Below are positions 8,341-17,700 of a stretch of DNA of 32,000 nt, piece after piece. The stretch is from Methanopyrus kandleri AV19 (GTDB taxonomy: Archaea; JAADCQ01; Methanopyri; Methanopyrales; Methanopyraceae): the NCBI RefSeq assembly GCF_000007185.1, contig NC_003551.1:990001-1022000 (forward strand), read 5' to 3'. The notes under the pieces were generated by a model that searched no databases, was not told where the DNA came from, and saw only the letters and a program-made list of their open reading frames with translations. Both the position numbers and the translations under genes were made by a program. Positions within the stretch are counted from its first letter, which is position 1. Each line of letters opens with the position of its first letter.

Positions 8341-9299
8341 ACCGGTAGGTAAGAGAGCCCGAGGAACGTCAGCAGAAGGAAGAACAATCCCGCGATCCCG
8401 ACGGTCCCGATGAAAGGTATCGGTATCCCTAGGGGGGGTGATGGACCCTCCCCGCTCTCCACACCGTTCAGTGGTCTCCGCGTCTCGACGTCTCCCGTCA
8501 CCGGTGCGTCGCAGCGGATCCGGGTCACACCGCCGAGGTCCAGGAACGGTTTGGAAACCGCGACGGCGACGGGGTACCCCTCCAGAGCGGCCTTCCACAA
8601 CTCTTCCGTGAACGCCGCCAGGGAGTCACCGGGTAGGTCTGTCAACAGGACGACCGTGAGGGTACGACCGCGCTTAGAGGACACGATAACCGTCAGCGGG
8701 GAGATAGCGCCGGAGAGTACCGAGTACAACCTGTTCACGACCTCCACGGGCCCGAAGAACTCCAGGATACCGGGGTGAAGGTTGGAAAGGAAGAGATCGT
8801 AAGGGACCAGCAAAAGCTCCCCCACGTCGCTCGTGGACTCGTCGTCCACGACGAAGTAGCGACGAGATCCCTCTTGGACGGCCCCGAGGACGAGTACCGC
8901 GTGGTACACCGAGGGACGGTTCAACAACGAGACCACGGCTACCTCGAACACTTTCGAGGCCGCATCCGAGCCCGCGATCGCCTGGAAGGCGTCGATGATG
9001 TCGAGGTTATCGTCGTCGTGTTCCCCCGTAGCCGAAATCTCGTACTGAAGTGGGGTCACGGGATCGCCGTTCCACCATCCCATGGCGACACCCAAGTTGT
9101 ACATGTCCACCGCGCACGCCTCCGCGCACCAGATCCTGTCAACGCGCCCATCTCCGTCGATATCGGACCCGAAAGAGGTGTTCGGAGCGTCGAACTCCGG
9201 GTCTAAGTAGTAATGACCGGAGACGAACCCTCCCACTCGACCGTGAGCGGGCGTCATCGCGATGGATACCGCGATTATCAGCACGAGGGCGGGCAACAT
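8337..9299 (-). CDS. Secreted or surface protein with signal peptide and C-terminal membrane anchor; possible papain-like fold
   Basis: N-term MLPALVLIIAVSIAMTPAHGRVGG; DIDGDGRVD calcium-loop-like motif; CAEACAVDMYNLGVAMGW ... VYHAVLVLGA ... YFVVDDE; C-terminal IPFIGTVGIAGLFFLLLTFLGLSYLPV. Confidence 0.7.
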   Translation of the reverse strand: MLPALVLIIAVSIAMTPAHGRVGGFVSGHYYLDPEFDAPNTSFGSDIDGDGRVDRIWCAEACAVDMYNLGVAMGWWNGDPVTPLQYEISATGEHDDDNLDIIDAFQAIAGSDAASKVFEVAVVSLLNRPSVYHAVLVLGAVQEGSRRYFVVDDESTSDVGELLLVPYDLFLSNLHPGILEFFGPVEVVNRLYSVLSGAISPLTVIVSSKRGRTLTVVLLTDLPGDSLAAFTEELWKAALEGYPVAVAVSKPFLDLGGVTRIRCDAPVTGDVETRRPLNGVESGEGPSPPLGIPIPFIGTVGIAGLFFLLLTFLGLSYLPV

Positions 9300-9305
9300 T
9301 CGGGT

Positions 9306-9884
9306 TCACCTCTCGGGCTCGAAGAGCGCCAGGTAGGACGTTCTCATCCCCGAGAACAGCGTCCCCCGCCGGAGGACCTTCCCTTCTCCCCACACCATGC
9401 ATAGGCAGGATCGTCTCCAGCCGTCGAGCGCCTTGACCGCCGTGGCGAAGGTCTCGGGTGTGACGGCGTTTAGCAGTATCGCGCGTCGCACGCGCTCGGC
9501 GAGGGCGAGGAGTACCTCTTCCAGCCGCTCGGAACCGGACACGACGGCGGCGTCCACCTCGTCCACGTCCTCCAGGGCCTCGGGGGCCCACCCGCGCACT
9601 ATCTCTATGCGATCCTCCAGGCAGAAGTCCCGGACGTTCCGCTCCAACGATCGGAACGCTTCCTTGTCTCCTTCCACCGCGTACACGCGGCCGAGAGGCC
9701 CTACCGCCCGGGCCAGCTCTAGGGTTAGCGAGCCCGATCCCGCACCGATCTCGAGGATCCTCTCGCCCGGTCGCGGTCGAAGTACGGCCAGCACCGTCGC
9801 TTTCATCACCGGCTTGGTGGGGCCTGGAACACCCTCTGTGACCAAGTCGGAGGGGTCTACGACATTGAACACGGGAGCACCCAC
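9306..9884 (-). CDS. cbiT: Cobalamin biosynthesis CbiT-like SAM-dependent methyltransferase
   Basis: DPSDLVTEGVPGPTKPVMKATVLAVLRPRPGERILEIGAGSGSLTLELARAVGPLGRVYAVEGD. Likely start GTG 9884 or 9872, not 10037. Confidence 0.85.
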   Translation of the reverse strand: MGAPVFNVVDPSDLVTEGVPGPTKPVMKATVLAVLRPRPGERILEIGAGSGSLTLELARAVGPLGRVYAVEGDKEAFRSLERNVRDFCLEDRIEIVRGWAPEALEDVDEVDAAVVSGSERLEEVLLALAERVRRAILLNAVTPETFATAVKALDGWRRSCLCMVWGEGKVLRRGTLFSGMRTSYLALFEPER

Positions 9885-10527
9885 CCTGTACGGAGTGGGC
9901 CTGGGCCCCGGGGATCCCGACCTGCTAACTCGTAAGGCGATCAGGATTATAAAGAAGGTACCCGTCGCGATGGTACCCTTCGTGGGCGCGGAGAGTCGAG
10001 CCGCCAGGGTAGTGCGCGCCGTCGACCCGGAGGCCACCGTGGTCGGTTACCACGCACCGATGACCAGGGACCCGGAGGAACGCGATCGGGCGTACTCGAA
10101 GGCCGCGGAAACCTTGGCGGAACTGCTCGAGCGGTTTCACGAAGTGGCGGTCTGCAACCTCGGAGATCCCACCCTCTACGCCACGTTCTGGCACATCGTG
10201 GAGCGGATCCCACTAGAGGACTTCGAGATAGAGCTGGTCCCCGGAATCCCGGCGGGACTCCTCTGTGCGGCTCGCATCGGCCGCCCCTTAGCGATGGAGA
10301 GTGACAAGGTCCTAATCTGCACTCGGGAACCGCCAGAAGACCTCGAAGGCATGGATACGGTGATACTCTATAAACCAACCCGGCGAGGCGTCGAAAGGCT
10401 TCTCAGGGAGGGGTTCGAGGTCTACGCGTGTCGGGAGCTGGGGTTCGAGGGAGAGCGAGTGGAGCGCGTAAACGGGGCCGAGTTCGAGCCCAGTTACCTG
10501 TGCACGATAGTCGCCCTCCGGCCCTGA
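9865..10527 (+). CDS. cbiL: Precorrin-2/cobalt-factor-II C20-methyltransferase (CbiL-like)
   Basis: LYGVGLGPGDPDLLTRKAIRIIK, VVRAVDPEA..VVGYHAPMTRD, VCNLGDPTLYATFWHI, ELVPGIPAGLLCAARIGRPLA. Start uncertain (TTG 9865 or GTG 9895); the ORF extension to 9397 is antisense to cbiT. Confidence 0.85.
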   Translation: MNTGAPTLYGVGLGPGDPDLLTRKAIRIIKKVPVAMVPFVGAESRAARVVRAVDPEATVVGYHAPMTRDPEERDRAYSKAAETLAELLERFHEVAVCNLGDPTLYATFWHIVERIPLEDFEIELVPGIPAGLLCAARIGRPLAMESDKVLICTREPPEDLEGMDTVILYKPTRRGVERLLREGFEVYACRELGFEGERVERVNGAEFEPSYLCTIVALRP

Positions 10528-10558
10528 GATACCAGGGCGGGGGCCGGGTTTTTACCCG

Positions 10559-13081
10559 GTGACTACCCGGGAGGTTCGGGGGCGAGGGTTGCTCCGTACA
10601 GTGTGGGTAGATTACGCCAGGAAAGGCGAACCCGATGTCATCTTAGTCGGTCGGCGGGAGGACGGGAACCCAGCTGCCCTCGTCGTTAAGGGGTTTCGTC
10701 CCTACTTCTACGCGGAGGTGGAGGACGGGTTCGATCCGTCCGAGGTGGAGCGTCTGAGCGGTGTGGTGGAGGTCGAAGAAGTCCTGTTGGAGCACCCCTA
10801 CGGCGGCGACCGGGTGGAGCTCCTACGGATCGTCGCCACGTACCCCAAGGTCGTCCCCAAACTGCGCGAGCAGGTCAAGAAGCTGGACGGCGTGAAGGAG
10901 GTCTACGAGGCGGACATCCCCTTCGTGCGCCGTGCCGCCGTCGACCTCAACTTGCCGCCGGCGTCCGAGGTCGACGTCTCCGACCTGGACACGGGGTCCT
11001 GGTCCGGACTTCCCGCGTACTTCGCGGACGTCGAGGACGCCCGTGAGTTGGACCACCGCCCCTACCCGATCGAGGACCTCGTCGTCGCCAGCTTCGACCT
11101 CGAGGTGCTGGCGGAACCCGGAACGACGATCAAGGGAGCCTCGGGCCCCATCATCGCCATCAGCTTCGCGTACAGTACGCCTGACGGGGAGCGCCGTAAC
11201 TACGTGATTACCTGGAAAGGAGAGGACGAGTCGTTCGAAGTGGACGGGGTGGAAACCGAGGTCATCGTGTGTAGGTCGGAAGCCGCCGCGCTGCGGAGGT
11301 TCTTCGACGAGTTCCGCCGCGTTGATCCCGACGTGGTGTTCACATACAACGGGGACGAGTTCGACCTGCCGTACCTGCAACACCGGGCCGGGAAGCTGGG
11401 TATCGACGTCTCGCCCCTGGCGCGGCCGGCGGGCAAGCGTGGGATCATACTGAAGCACGGGGGCGGCCGTTATGCCTCCGATATTTTCGGACGGGCCCAC
11501 GTCGACCTGTACCACACGGCGAGGAAGAACCTCAAGCTGGAACGCTTCACGCTCGAGGAGGCCGTCAAGGACGTGCTCGGTGTAGAGAAGGAGGAGATGG
11601 AGCTAGCCGACATCAACGAGGCCTGGAAGCGCGGTAATCTGGACGAACTGATGAGGTACTCGGCTGAGGATGCCCACTACACCTTAGAGTTGGGGCTCGA
11701 GCTGGCGCAGGTCGAGTTGGAGCTCTCCTACCTGACACGGCTGCCGCTGCCGGATGCGACCCGCTTCAGCTTCGGACAGCTCGCGGAGTGGAGGGCCATC
11801 TACAAGGCGCGCCAGGAGGACATCCTGGTACCGAACAAACCGACTCGAGATGAGTACAAGCGGCGGCGTCGCAAGGCGTACAAGGGCGCGATAGTGTTCG
11901 AGCCCGAGATAGGGCTCCACGAGAACGTGGTCTGCGTGGACTTCGCCAGCCTGTACCCCAACGTGATGGTCGCGCACAATATCTCGCCCGACACGTTCGA
12001 CTGCGACTGTTGTCCGCGTGTGACCGTCGAGGAGGTGGACGACCCCACGGACGCGACCGTGGCACCGGACGTGGGCCACAAGTTCTGCAAGCGGCGTAAG
12101 GGGTTCTTCCCCCGGCTCGTAGAGGGACTCATCGAACGCCGGCGTGAGCTCAAGCGCCGCCTCCGGAAGCTCGATACCGAGTCGCATCCTCACGAGGCTA
12201 AGATCCTCGACGTACGACAGCAGGCGTACAAGGTCCTGGCCAACAGCTACTACGGTTACATGGGCTGGGCTAACGCGCGCTGGTTCTGCCGCGAGTGTGC
12301 CGAGAGTGTTACCGCTTGGGGTCGCTACTACATCAGCGAGGTTCGAAGGATCGCGGAGGAGAAGTACGGGTTGAAGGTCGTGTACGGGGACACCGACTCG
12401 CTGTTCGTGAAGCTGCCCGACGCGGACTTGGAGGAAACCATCGAGCGGGTGAAGGAGTTCCTGAAAGAGGTCAACGGCCGCCTCCCCGTGGAACTAGAGC
12501 TGGAGGACGCCTACAAGAGGATCCTGTTCGTGACCAAGAAGAAGTACGCCGGGTACACCGAGGACGGGAAGATCGTTACGAAAGGTCTGGAGGTGGTCCG
12601 ACGGGATTGGGCGCCTATCGCCAGGGAGACGCAGCGTCGAGTCTTGAAGCGGATCCTAGCCGACAACGACCCGGAGGCGGCGCTGAAGGAGATCCATGAG
12701 GTCCTCGAGAGGCTGAAGTCGGGCGACGTCGACATCGACGAGCTCGCGGTCACGTCCCAGCTCACGAAGAAGCCCTCGGAGTACGTTCAGAAGGGTCCCC
12801 ACGTCAGGGCCGCGCTACGGCTCGCTCGACACCTCGGAGTGGAGCCCGAACCGGGTACCATCGTGAGGTACGTCATCGTCCGCGGTCCCGGTAGCGTCAG
12901 CGACAAGGCGTACCCGGTGGAACTGGTGCGGGAAGAGGGGAAAGAGCCCGACGTCGATTACTACATCGAGCACCAGATACTACCGGCCGTGGAGCGGATC
13001 ATGCGGGCGATAGGTTATTCCCGCGGGCAGATCGTCGGTGAGACGGCCTCACAGAAGACGCTGGATCAGTTCTTCGGCTGA
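10559..13081 (+). CDS. polB: DNA polymerase, family B, intein-free, with C-terminal PIP box
   Basis: 840 aa; ExoI FDLEVL, ExoII YNGDEFD, ExoIII YSAEDAHYT, PolA DFASLYPNVM, PolB KVLANSYYGYMG, PolC VYGDTDSLFV; C-terminal QKTLDQFFG. Confidence 0.97.
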   Translation: MTTREVRGRGLLRTVWVDYARKGEPDVILVGRREDGNPAALVVKGFRPYFYAEVEDGFDPSEVERLSGVVEVEEVLLEHPYGGDRVELLRIVATYPKVVPKLREQVKKLDGVKEVYEADIPFVRRAAVDLNLPPASEVDVSDLDTGSWSGLPAYFADVEDARELDHRPYPIEDLVVASFDLEVLAEPGTTIKGASGPIIAISFAYSTPDGERRNYVITWKGEDESFEVDGVETEVIVCRSEAAALRRFFDEFRRVDPDVVFTYNGDEFDLPYLQHRAGKLGIDVSPLARPAGKRGIILKHGGGRYASDIFGRAHVDLYHTARKNLKLERFTLEEAVKDVLGVEKEEMELADINEAWKRGNLDELMRYSAEDAHYTLELGLELAQVELELSYLTRLPLPDATRFSFGQLAEWRAIYKARQEDILVPNKPTRDEYKRRRRKAYKGAIVFEPEIGLHENVVCVDFASLYPNVMVAHNISPDTFDCDCCPRVTVEEVDDPTDATVAPDVGHKFCKRRKGFFPRLVEGLIERRRELKRRLRKLDTESHPHEAKILDVRQQAYKVLANSYYGYMGWANARWFCRECAESVTAWGRYYISEVRRIAEEKYGLKVVYGDTDSLFVKLPDADLEETIERVKEFLKEVNGRLPVELELEDAYKRILFVTKKKYAGYTEDGKIVTKGLEVVRRDWAPIARETQRRVLKRILADNDPEAALKEIHEVLERLKSGDVDIDELAVTSQLTKKPSEYVQKGPHVRAALRLARHLGVEPEPGTIVRYVIVRGPGSVSDKAYPVELVREEGKEPDVDYYIEHQILPAVERIMRAIGYSRGQIVGETASQKTLDQFFG

Positions 13082-13140
13082 CGGGATGACGAGAGCACCC
13101 CTAAGTGATCGGTGATCGGCTTCACCCTGGCCGACCGTGG

Positions 13141-13803
13141 GTGTTCTCCTTGCGAGTGGCCATCCTGGACGGGTACACGGATGAGCCGGCGGGTCTAGGT
13201 GTACCACCCTACCTCGGGACCCACCCCCGGTACGCCTACGGCGCGGCCCGGGCCGCGGGAGCCACTGAGGTGCGGTACGTGCCCGTCGAGCGGGTGAGGT
13301 CGGGCGACGTCGACCTGAACCGCTTCGACGTCGTGGTGGGCATCTGCGGGGTGCACACGCCGGGGAAGTACCTCGGCGCCCGGCCGGCGGACCTCTCCGA
13401 GATGCTCCGTATCCTCAGTGAGGTCGACGCCGTCACGGTCCTAGGTGGGCCGGCGGCTCAGTCCGGACACGGTCGGGTCGGCGGTGAGCTACCCGAGACC
13501 GAAGTCGAGGGTGTGGACGTGATCGCCCGGGGCGACGTCGAGGCCGTGGTGTACGACCTCGTTTCCGAGGGCTCGCCCGAAGCCGTCGACCCCGACCGGA
13601 GGCGATCGATCGAGGAGCTCCGGGAGTACTCCGTGAAGGGAGCACCCGCGGCCCGCGAGCACGTGGACTACCCCGATGCCGTGATCGCGGAGTTGGAGAC
13701 CTACCGAGGTTGCCCCCGTTTCCTGTCCGGTGGGTGCTCGTTCTGCACCGAGGTCCCTAGGTACGGCGAGCCCGGAGTTCAGACCGCCGGAGGACGTCGT
13801 TGA
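13141..13803 (+). CDS. Radical SAM protein, N-terminal fragment (B12-binding-like region plus Fe-S motif); continues in the +1 frame
   Basis: LRVAILDGYTDEPAGLGVPPYLG...ELETYRGCPRFLSGGCSFCTEVPRYGEPG, then out of frame (VQTAGGRR*). ORF track start 13105; GTG 13141 or TTG 13150 look better. Confidence 0.8.
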   Translation: MFSLRVAILDGYTDEPAGLGVPPYLGTHPRYAYGAARAAGATEVRYVPVERVRSGDVDLNRFDVVVGICGVHTPGKYLGARPADLSEMLRILSEVDAVTVLGGPAAQSGHGRVGGELPETEVEGVDVIARGDVEAVVYDLVSEGSPEAVDPDRRRSIEELREYSVKGAPAAREHVDYPDAVIAELETYRGCPRFLSGGCSFCTEVPRYGEPGVQTAGGRR

Positions 13804-14791
13804 GGAGGTGAAAGCGCTGTACAAGGTAGGTGTCCGCAGGTTCCGGGTCGGACGACAACCTTGCGTGTTCTCCTACATGGCCGAGGGGATCGGGGAGACC
13901 GAGCGACCCCGGCCGAACCCCGAGGCGGTGGAGAAGCTCTTCCGGGGGATCTGCACGGTCGCCCCCGACCTCGTGACGCTCCACGTGGACAACGCGAACC
14001 CGGCGGTGATCGCGGAGCATCCCGTCGAATCCCGGGAGATCGCGAAGGTGTTGGTCCGTTACGGCACCCCCGGCAACGTCGTGGCCTTCGGCGTCGAGAC
14101 CTTCGACGAGCGGGTGGCGAGGAAGAACAACCTGAACGTGGAGTCCAAGGAGGAGGTCTTCCGGGCCATCGAGGTGGTGGCCTCCGTAGGCGGGTACCGC
14201 GGCTGGAACGGGATGCCGTATCTCCTGCCGGGGCTCAACTTCGTGTGCGGTCTCATCGGTGAGAACAGGGAGCGTTACCGTCGCGACGAGGAGGTCCTTC
14301 GGGAGCTGGTGGAACGTGGTCTTCGGGTGCGCCGGATCAACGTCAGGAACGTCGTACCCTTCCCGGGCACAGAGATGGGGGAACACGGTACGAAGTGGCT
14401 CGAACGCAACAGGGAACGGGTGGCCGCGTTCAAGCGCTTCGTCCGGGAAGAGGTGGATCCCGTCCTGCTCCGCCGGGTGCTACCGAAGGGCACCGTCCTG
14501 AGGCGCCTCCGGGTGGAACCCAGAGAACCGGAGTTCGCGCGGCAGGTGGGCTCTTACCCCGTGGCCTGCAGACTACTCGCCGAGCGGGAACCCGGTGAGT
14601 GGGTCGACGGCCTGGTGGTAGGTCACGGGGCTCGTTCCGTCGAGGTGATCCCGCTGCCGGTACGGCGGGAGGACGGTCCGGACGTCCTCGCCAAGCTACC
14701 CGGGGTCGGTAAGAAGGAGGCTCTGGATGCCTTCCTCAAGGGCCGAAGGCCGCGGGTCCCCTATGCCCTGCGGTCCTGGTTCGCGTTCTGA
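13730..14791 (+). CDS. Radical SAM protein, C-terminal fragment with helix-hairpin-helix tail; genuine homology begins near 13776
   Basis: EFRPPEDVVEEVKALYKVGVRRFRVGRQPCVFSY...GVETFDERVARKNNLN...PYLLPGLNFVCGLIGE...RRINVRNVVPFPGTEM...LAKLPGVGKKEALDAFL. Confidence 0.8.
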   Translation: MGARSAPRSLGTASPEFRPPEDVVEEVKALYKVGVRRFRVGRQPCVFSYMAEGIGETERPRPNPEAVEKLFRGICTVAPDLVTLHVDNANPAVIAEHPVESREIAKVLVRYGTPGNVVAFGVETFDERVARKNNLNVESKEEVFRAIEVVASVGGYRGWNGMPYLLPGLNFVCGLIGENRERYRRDEEVLRELVERGLRVRRINVRNVVPFPGTEMGEHGTKWLERNRERVAAFKRFVREEVDPVLLRRVLPKGTVLRRLRVEPREPEFARQVGSYPVACRLLAEREPGEWVDGLVVGHGARSVEVIPLPVRREDGPDVLAKLPGVGKKEALDAFLKGRRPRVPYALRSWFAF

Positions 14792-14792
14792 A

Positions 14793-17700
14793 TCACCAGT
14801 TCCACCTACGGAACTGCCGCCGCGCCCAAAGGACCACGATCATCGACGCGGCCAGTAACCCCACTACCCACTCCCAGATAACCCTAGGCGCGGGAGCACT
14901 CTCCCGGACCATTGCCCTCGCCTCGGACTCCTTCGCGGCCTCCGACTTCAAGGGGACGGCTCGACAGCCGGATCCCGAAGTACCTCCCGTCGAGATCGCT
15001 CCTCCGACCGGTAGGCGACCGTGGAAGATCACCCCGGTCGTAGACACCAGCTCCGACGCCCTCGACACCGACCCCGAGGGGAGGTTACCCACCTCGAGGT
15101 TGTTCGCTCGAGGCGATTCTACGAATTCTACCGCCCGTAAGGATCGAGGGGAAACGGATCGTGGTTCTACCGCGCGGTAGGATGCCCTGCTTCTGGTGAC
15201 GATCATCCTGATCATTTCCGCGACTACCTTGGGGTTGTCCAGCGTACGGTACGCCCGAACGATATCGGGGAGCATCTTCAGGACGTCGTTGAGACCCAGG
15301 GACGCCGCCAGGTTCCGGACGAACGGCACCGTGGACGGGTTCAGGCTCGTGTGGTGGCACGTGGAGGGACCGTACCGTGCCGTGACTTCCGCCCAGGCCC
15401 TGACTAGGGCCTTGAGGGTGTTCCGGTCCGGCTTCCACAGACCCACACGCACCGCCTCCACGAGCCACGAGAGCGTCGACTGTACCTCGGCCCAACCCTT
15501 CGGGGTCGACGGTCGGTAGCGTTCGAGCGCCGACAGTATCGTCGACGCCACCTCGGTCAGCAACGTCTGAACCATCGGTCTGACCTGGGTCGTCGTCACC
15601 GCGATGCCGACGATGTTCTGCACGCGCTTCATCACCTCGTGCCATCCCACGTCCGGTCCGTGGGCCATCAGTGCCTCCCACCAGCTCGGGCTCAGCAGTT
15701 CCGTCCGCACCTCGATCGCCAGCCGCTCCGCCAGGGTTTGTACGTGCGCGGTGGTCGGATCGCGGGCCACCGTCAGGAACACTAGTGGCTCCTTCTTCCT
15801 GATCAACCGCACGTACGTCACCATCCCGCCGATCCAGGAGTAGTAGTCGTTCACGTCGATCACGTTGAACGCGTTCACCACCTGATCTATCACCGCGTCC
15901 ACGGTGCTCGCGAGGTACCGGAAGACCTTCACGGCCTTAACTGCGGCCTCGTACCCAGTCAGCTCCTCTCGAAGCAGCTTGGAGCCGTTCGGGTTACCCG
16001 TGACGGTGAAGGCGTACGCCACCCTGGACTCGAAGATTTCCGCGATCTTCTCCGAGAACCGCGCGTCGACGGTCCCCGCGCCGTCGATCCCCAGGCCCTT
16101 CGTGAGCTCGGACCAGCCCAGCTCCACCAGACGGTTGACACCGGTTCCCTGGATATCGCCCGGTGGCTCCCCGAACACCCCGGTGGCCGCCAGCGGCTCC
16201 GGTACCCCGAGCTTTAGGAGCTCGAGATAGTGCTTCCTACGGTGGTTGTACGCGAGGGGCTCCTCCGCGTCGGAGGCGAGCCGGAAGGCGGCGGCCAGCA
16301 GTTGGACCACCGGCTCGATGGAGTCCAGGACGGCCGTGCAGAGCGCTACCACGTCGATCCTCGGTCGGTTGATCCACCGGTTACCGACCTTCACCTTCAG
16401 CTCGTCCAGCGGGATCAGCTCCACTCCCAGAACTTTGCCGCTGTTCGGGTCCCAGACGGGCTTGACGCCTAGGAGGTACAAGACCTGTGCTATTCCTAAC
16501 CCGCCGGACGTCAGCTCGTGTGATGCGAAGAGCACGATGGGAACGGTCTCGGGCCACCTACCGTATACGCGGTAGTATCGGGCCAGGAAGTCGTCCATGA
16601 GACGCTTAGCGACCTCCCAGGCTTCTGGAGTGGGAAGGGTATACGGGTCGAACGGTACGCCGTTCCGTCCGGTGGGATAGGCCTTGGGGTTCCACAGGGG
16701 CTCCCCGAACCCTCCGGTCGGGACGTGCCCGCCCCTCAGGAAGTTGACGAGATTGTCCAGCTCGTACTCACCGGATTCGTACACGTGAACGAACTCTCTA
16801 AAGGCCTCGGCTATAAGCTTAATAATGTCCTGATCGTACTGATTCGTGACCTCCCATAGACCTATTTTTAACAACGACTGTCGGTACAATCCTAACAAAT
16901 TGAGCTTAAATCGTTGCAGTATGGTGTCCGCTTTTGAGAGCAGTGACGCGTCGTCTCGTAGCTCACCTTCGTCCTTGAGCTCGACCCACTGGAGTAAAAC
17001 CGACCGCAGGTAGGGGTCGTTCCAGATTTCGTGGAGCATCGAGCGGAGCAGCTCGTACGTCCGGATCTTGACATCCTGGTAGAAGTCGGGGTTCTCGTCC
17101 GCTAACCTGCGGAACAGCTCCAGGTCGGCCTTGGGGGTTAACCCCGTCGTGACCGCCAAGTAGGGGGCGAACCGCGGTGCGAAGAGCAACGCCGCCTCCT
17201 CTACAGCGAGCTCGACCGGGAGGTCCTCACCGATGACGTGCAGACCGTAGAACGATTTCTCGTCTCGGAGCGCCAGCAGGTAATCGTGCAGGGCGTCGAG
17301 GAACTCCTCCAGGTGTCGCTCGGCCCAGGACTCGGGATCCTCCGGAGGGCTCTCCCCACGCTCGGCGAAGATGGACTTCACGACGTCCTCGAGGATCCCC
17401 AGCTCCCTCGCCTTCTTCAGGATCTTCTCCGCGATAACCTTCCGTACGGCCGGATCGCCGCCGTATATCGAGGAGCTCACGTACTGCGACCACAACCGCT
17501 CCAGCTCCGCGTATTTGCGAAAGTCCTTGAAATACCCGGATGGAGGGGACGGATACGTCAGGATCACGGCCCCGCCCCGGTACTTCGCCAGCGTCCCTTC
17601 ACCCGGGTTGCTCACAATGTAGAAGTACGCCTGGGGGACGTCCGGGAGCAGCAAGTGCGTCCAGTCCGTGACCGTGAGTCCGCGGTCGTGGCCCGGTAGG

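Noticed and set aside
9397-9864. N-terminal extension of the cbiL ORF
   Set aside because: Ser/Arg/Thr-rich low-quality sequence antisense to cbiT; methyltransferase homology begins only at LYGVGLGPG.
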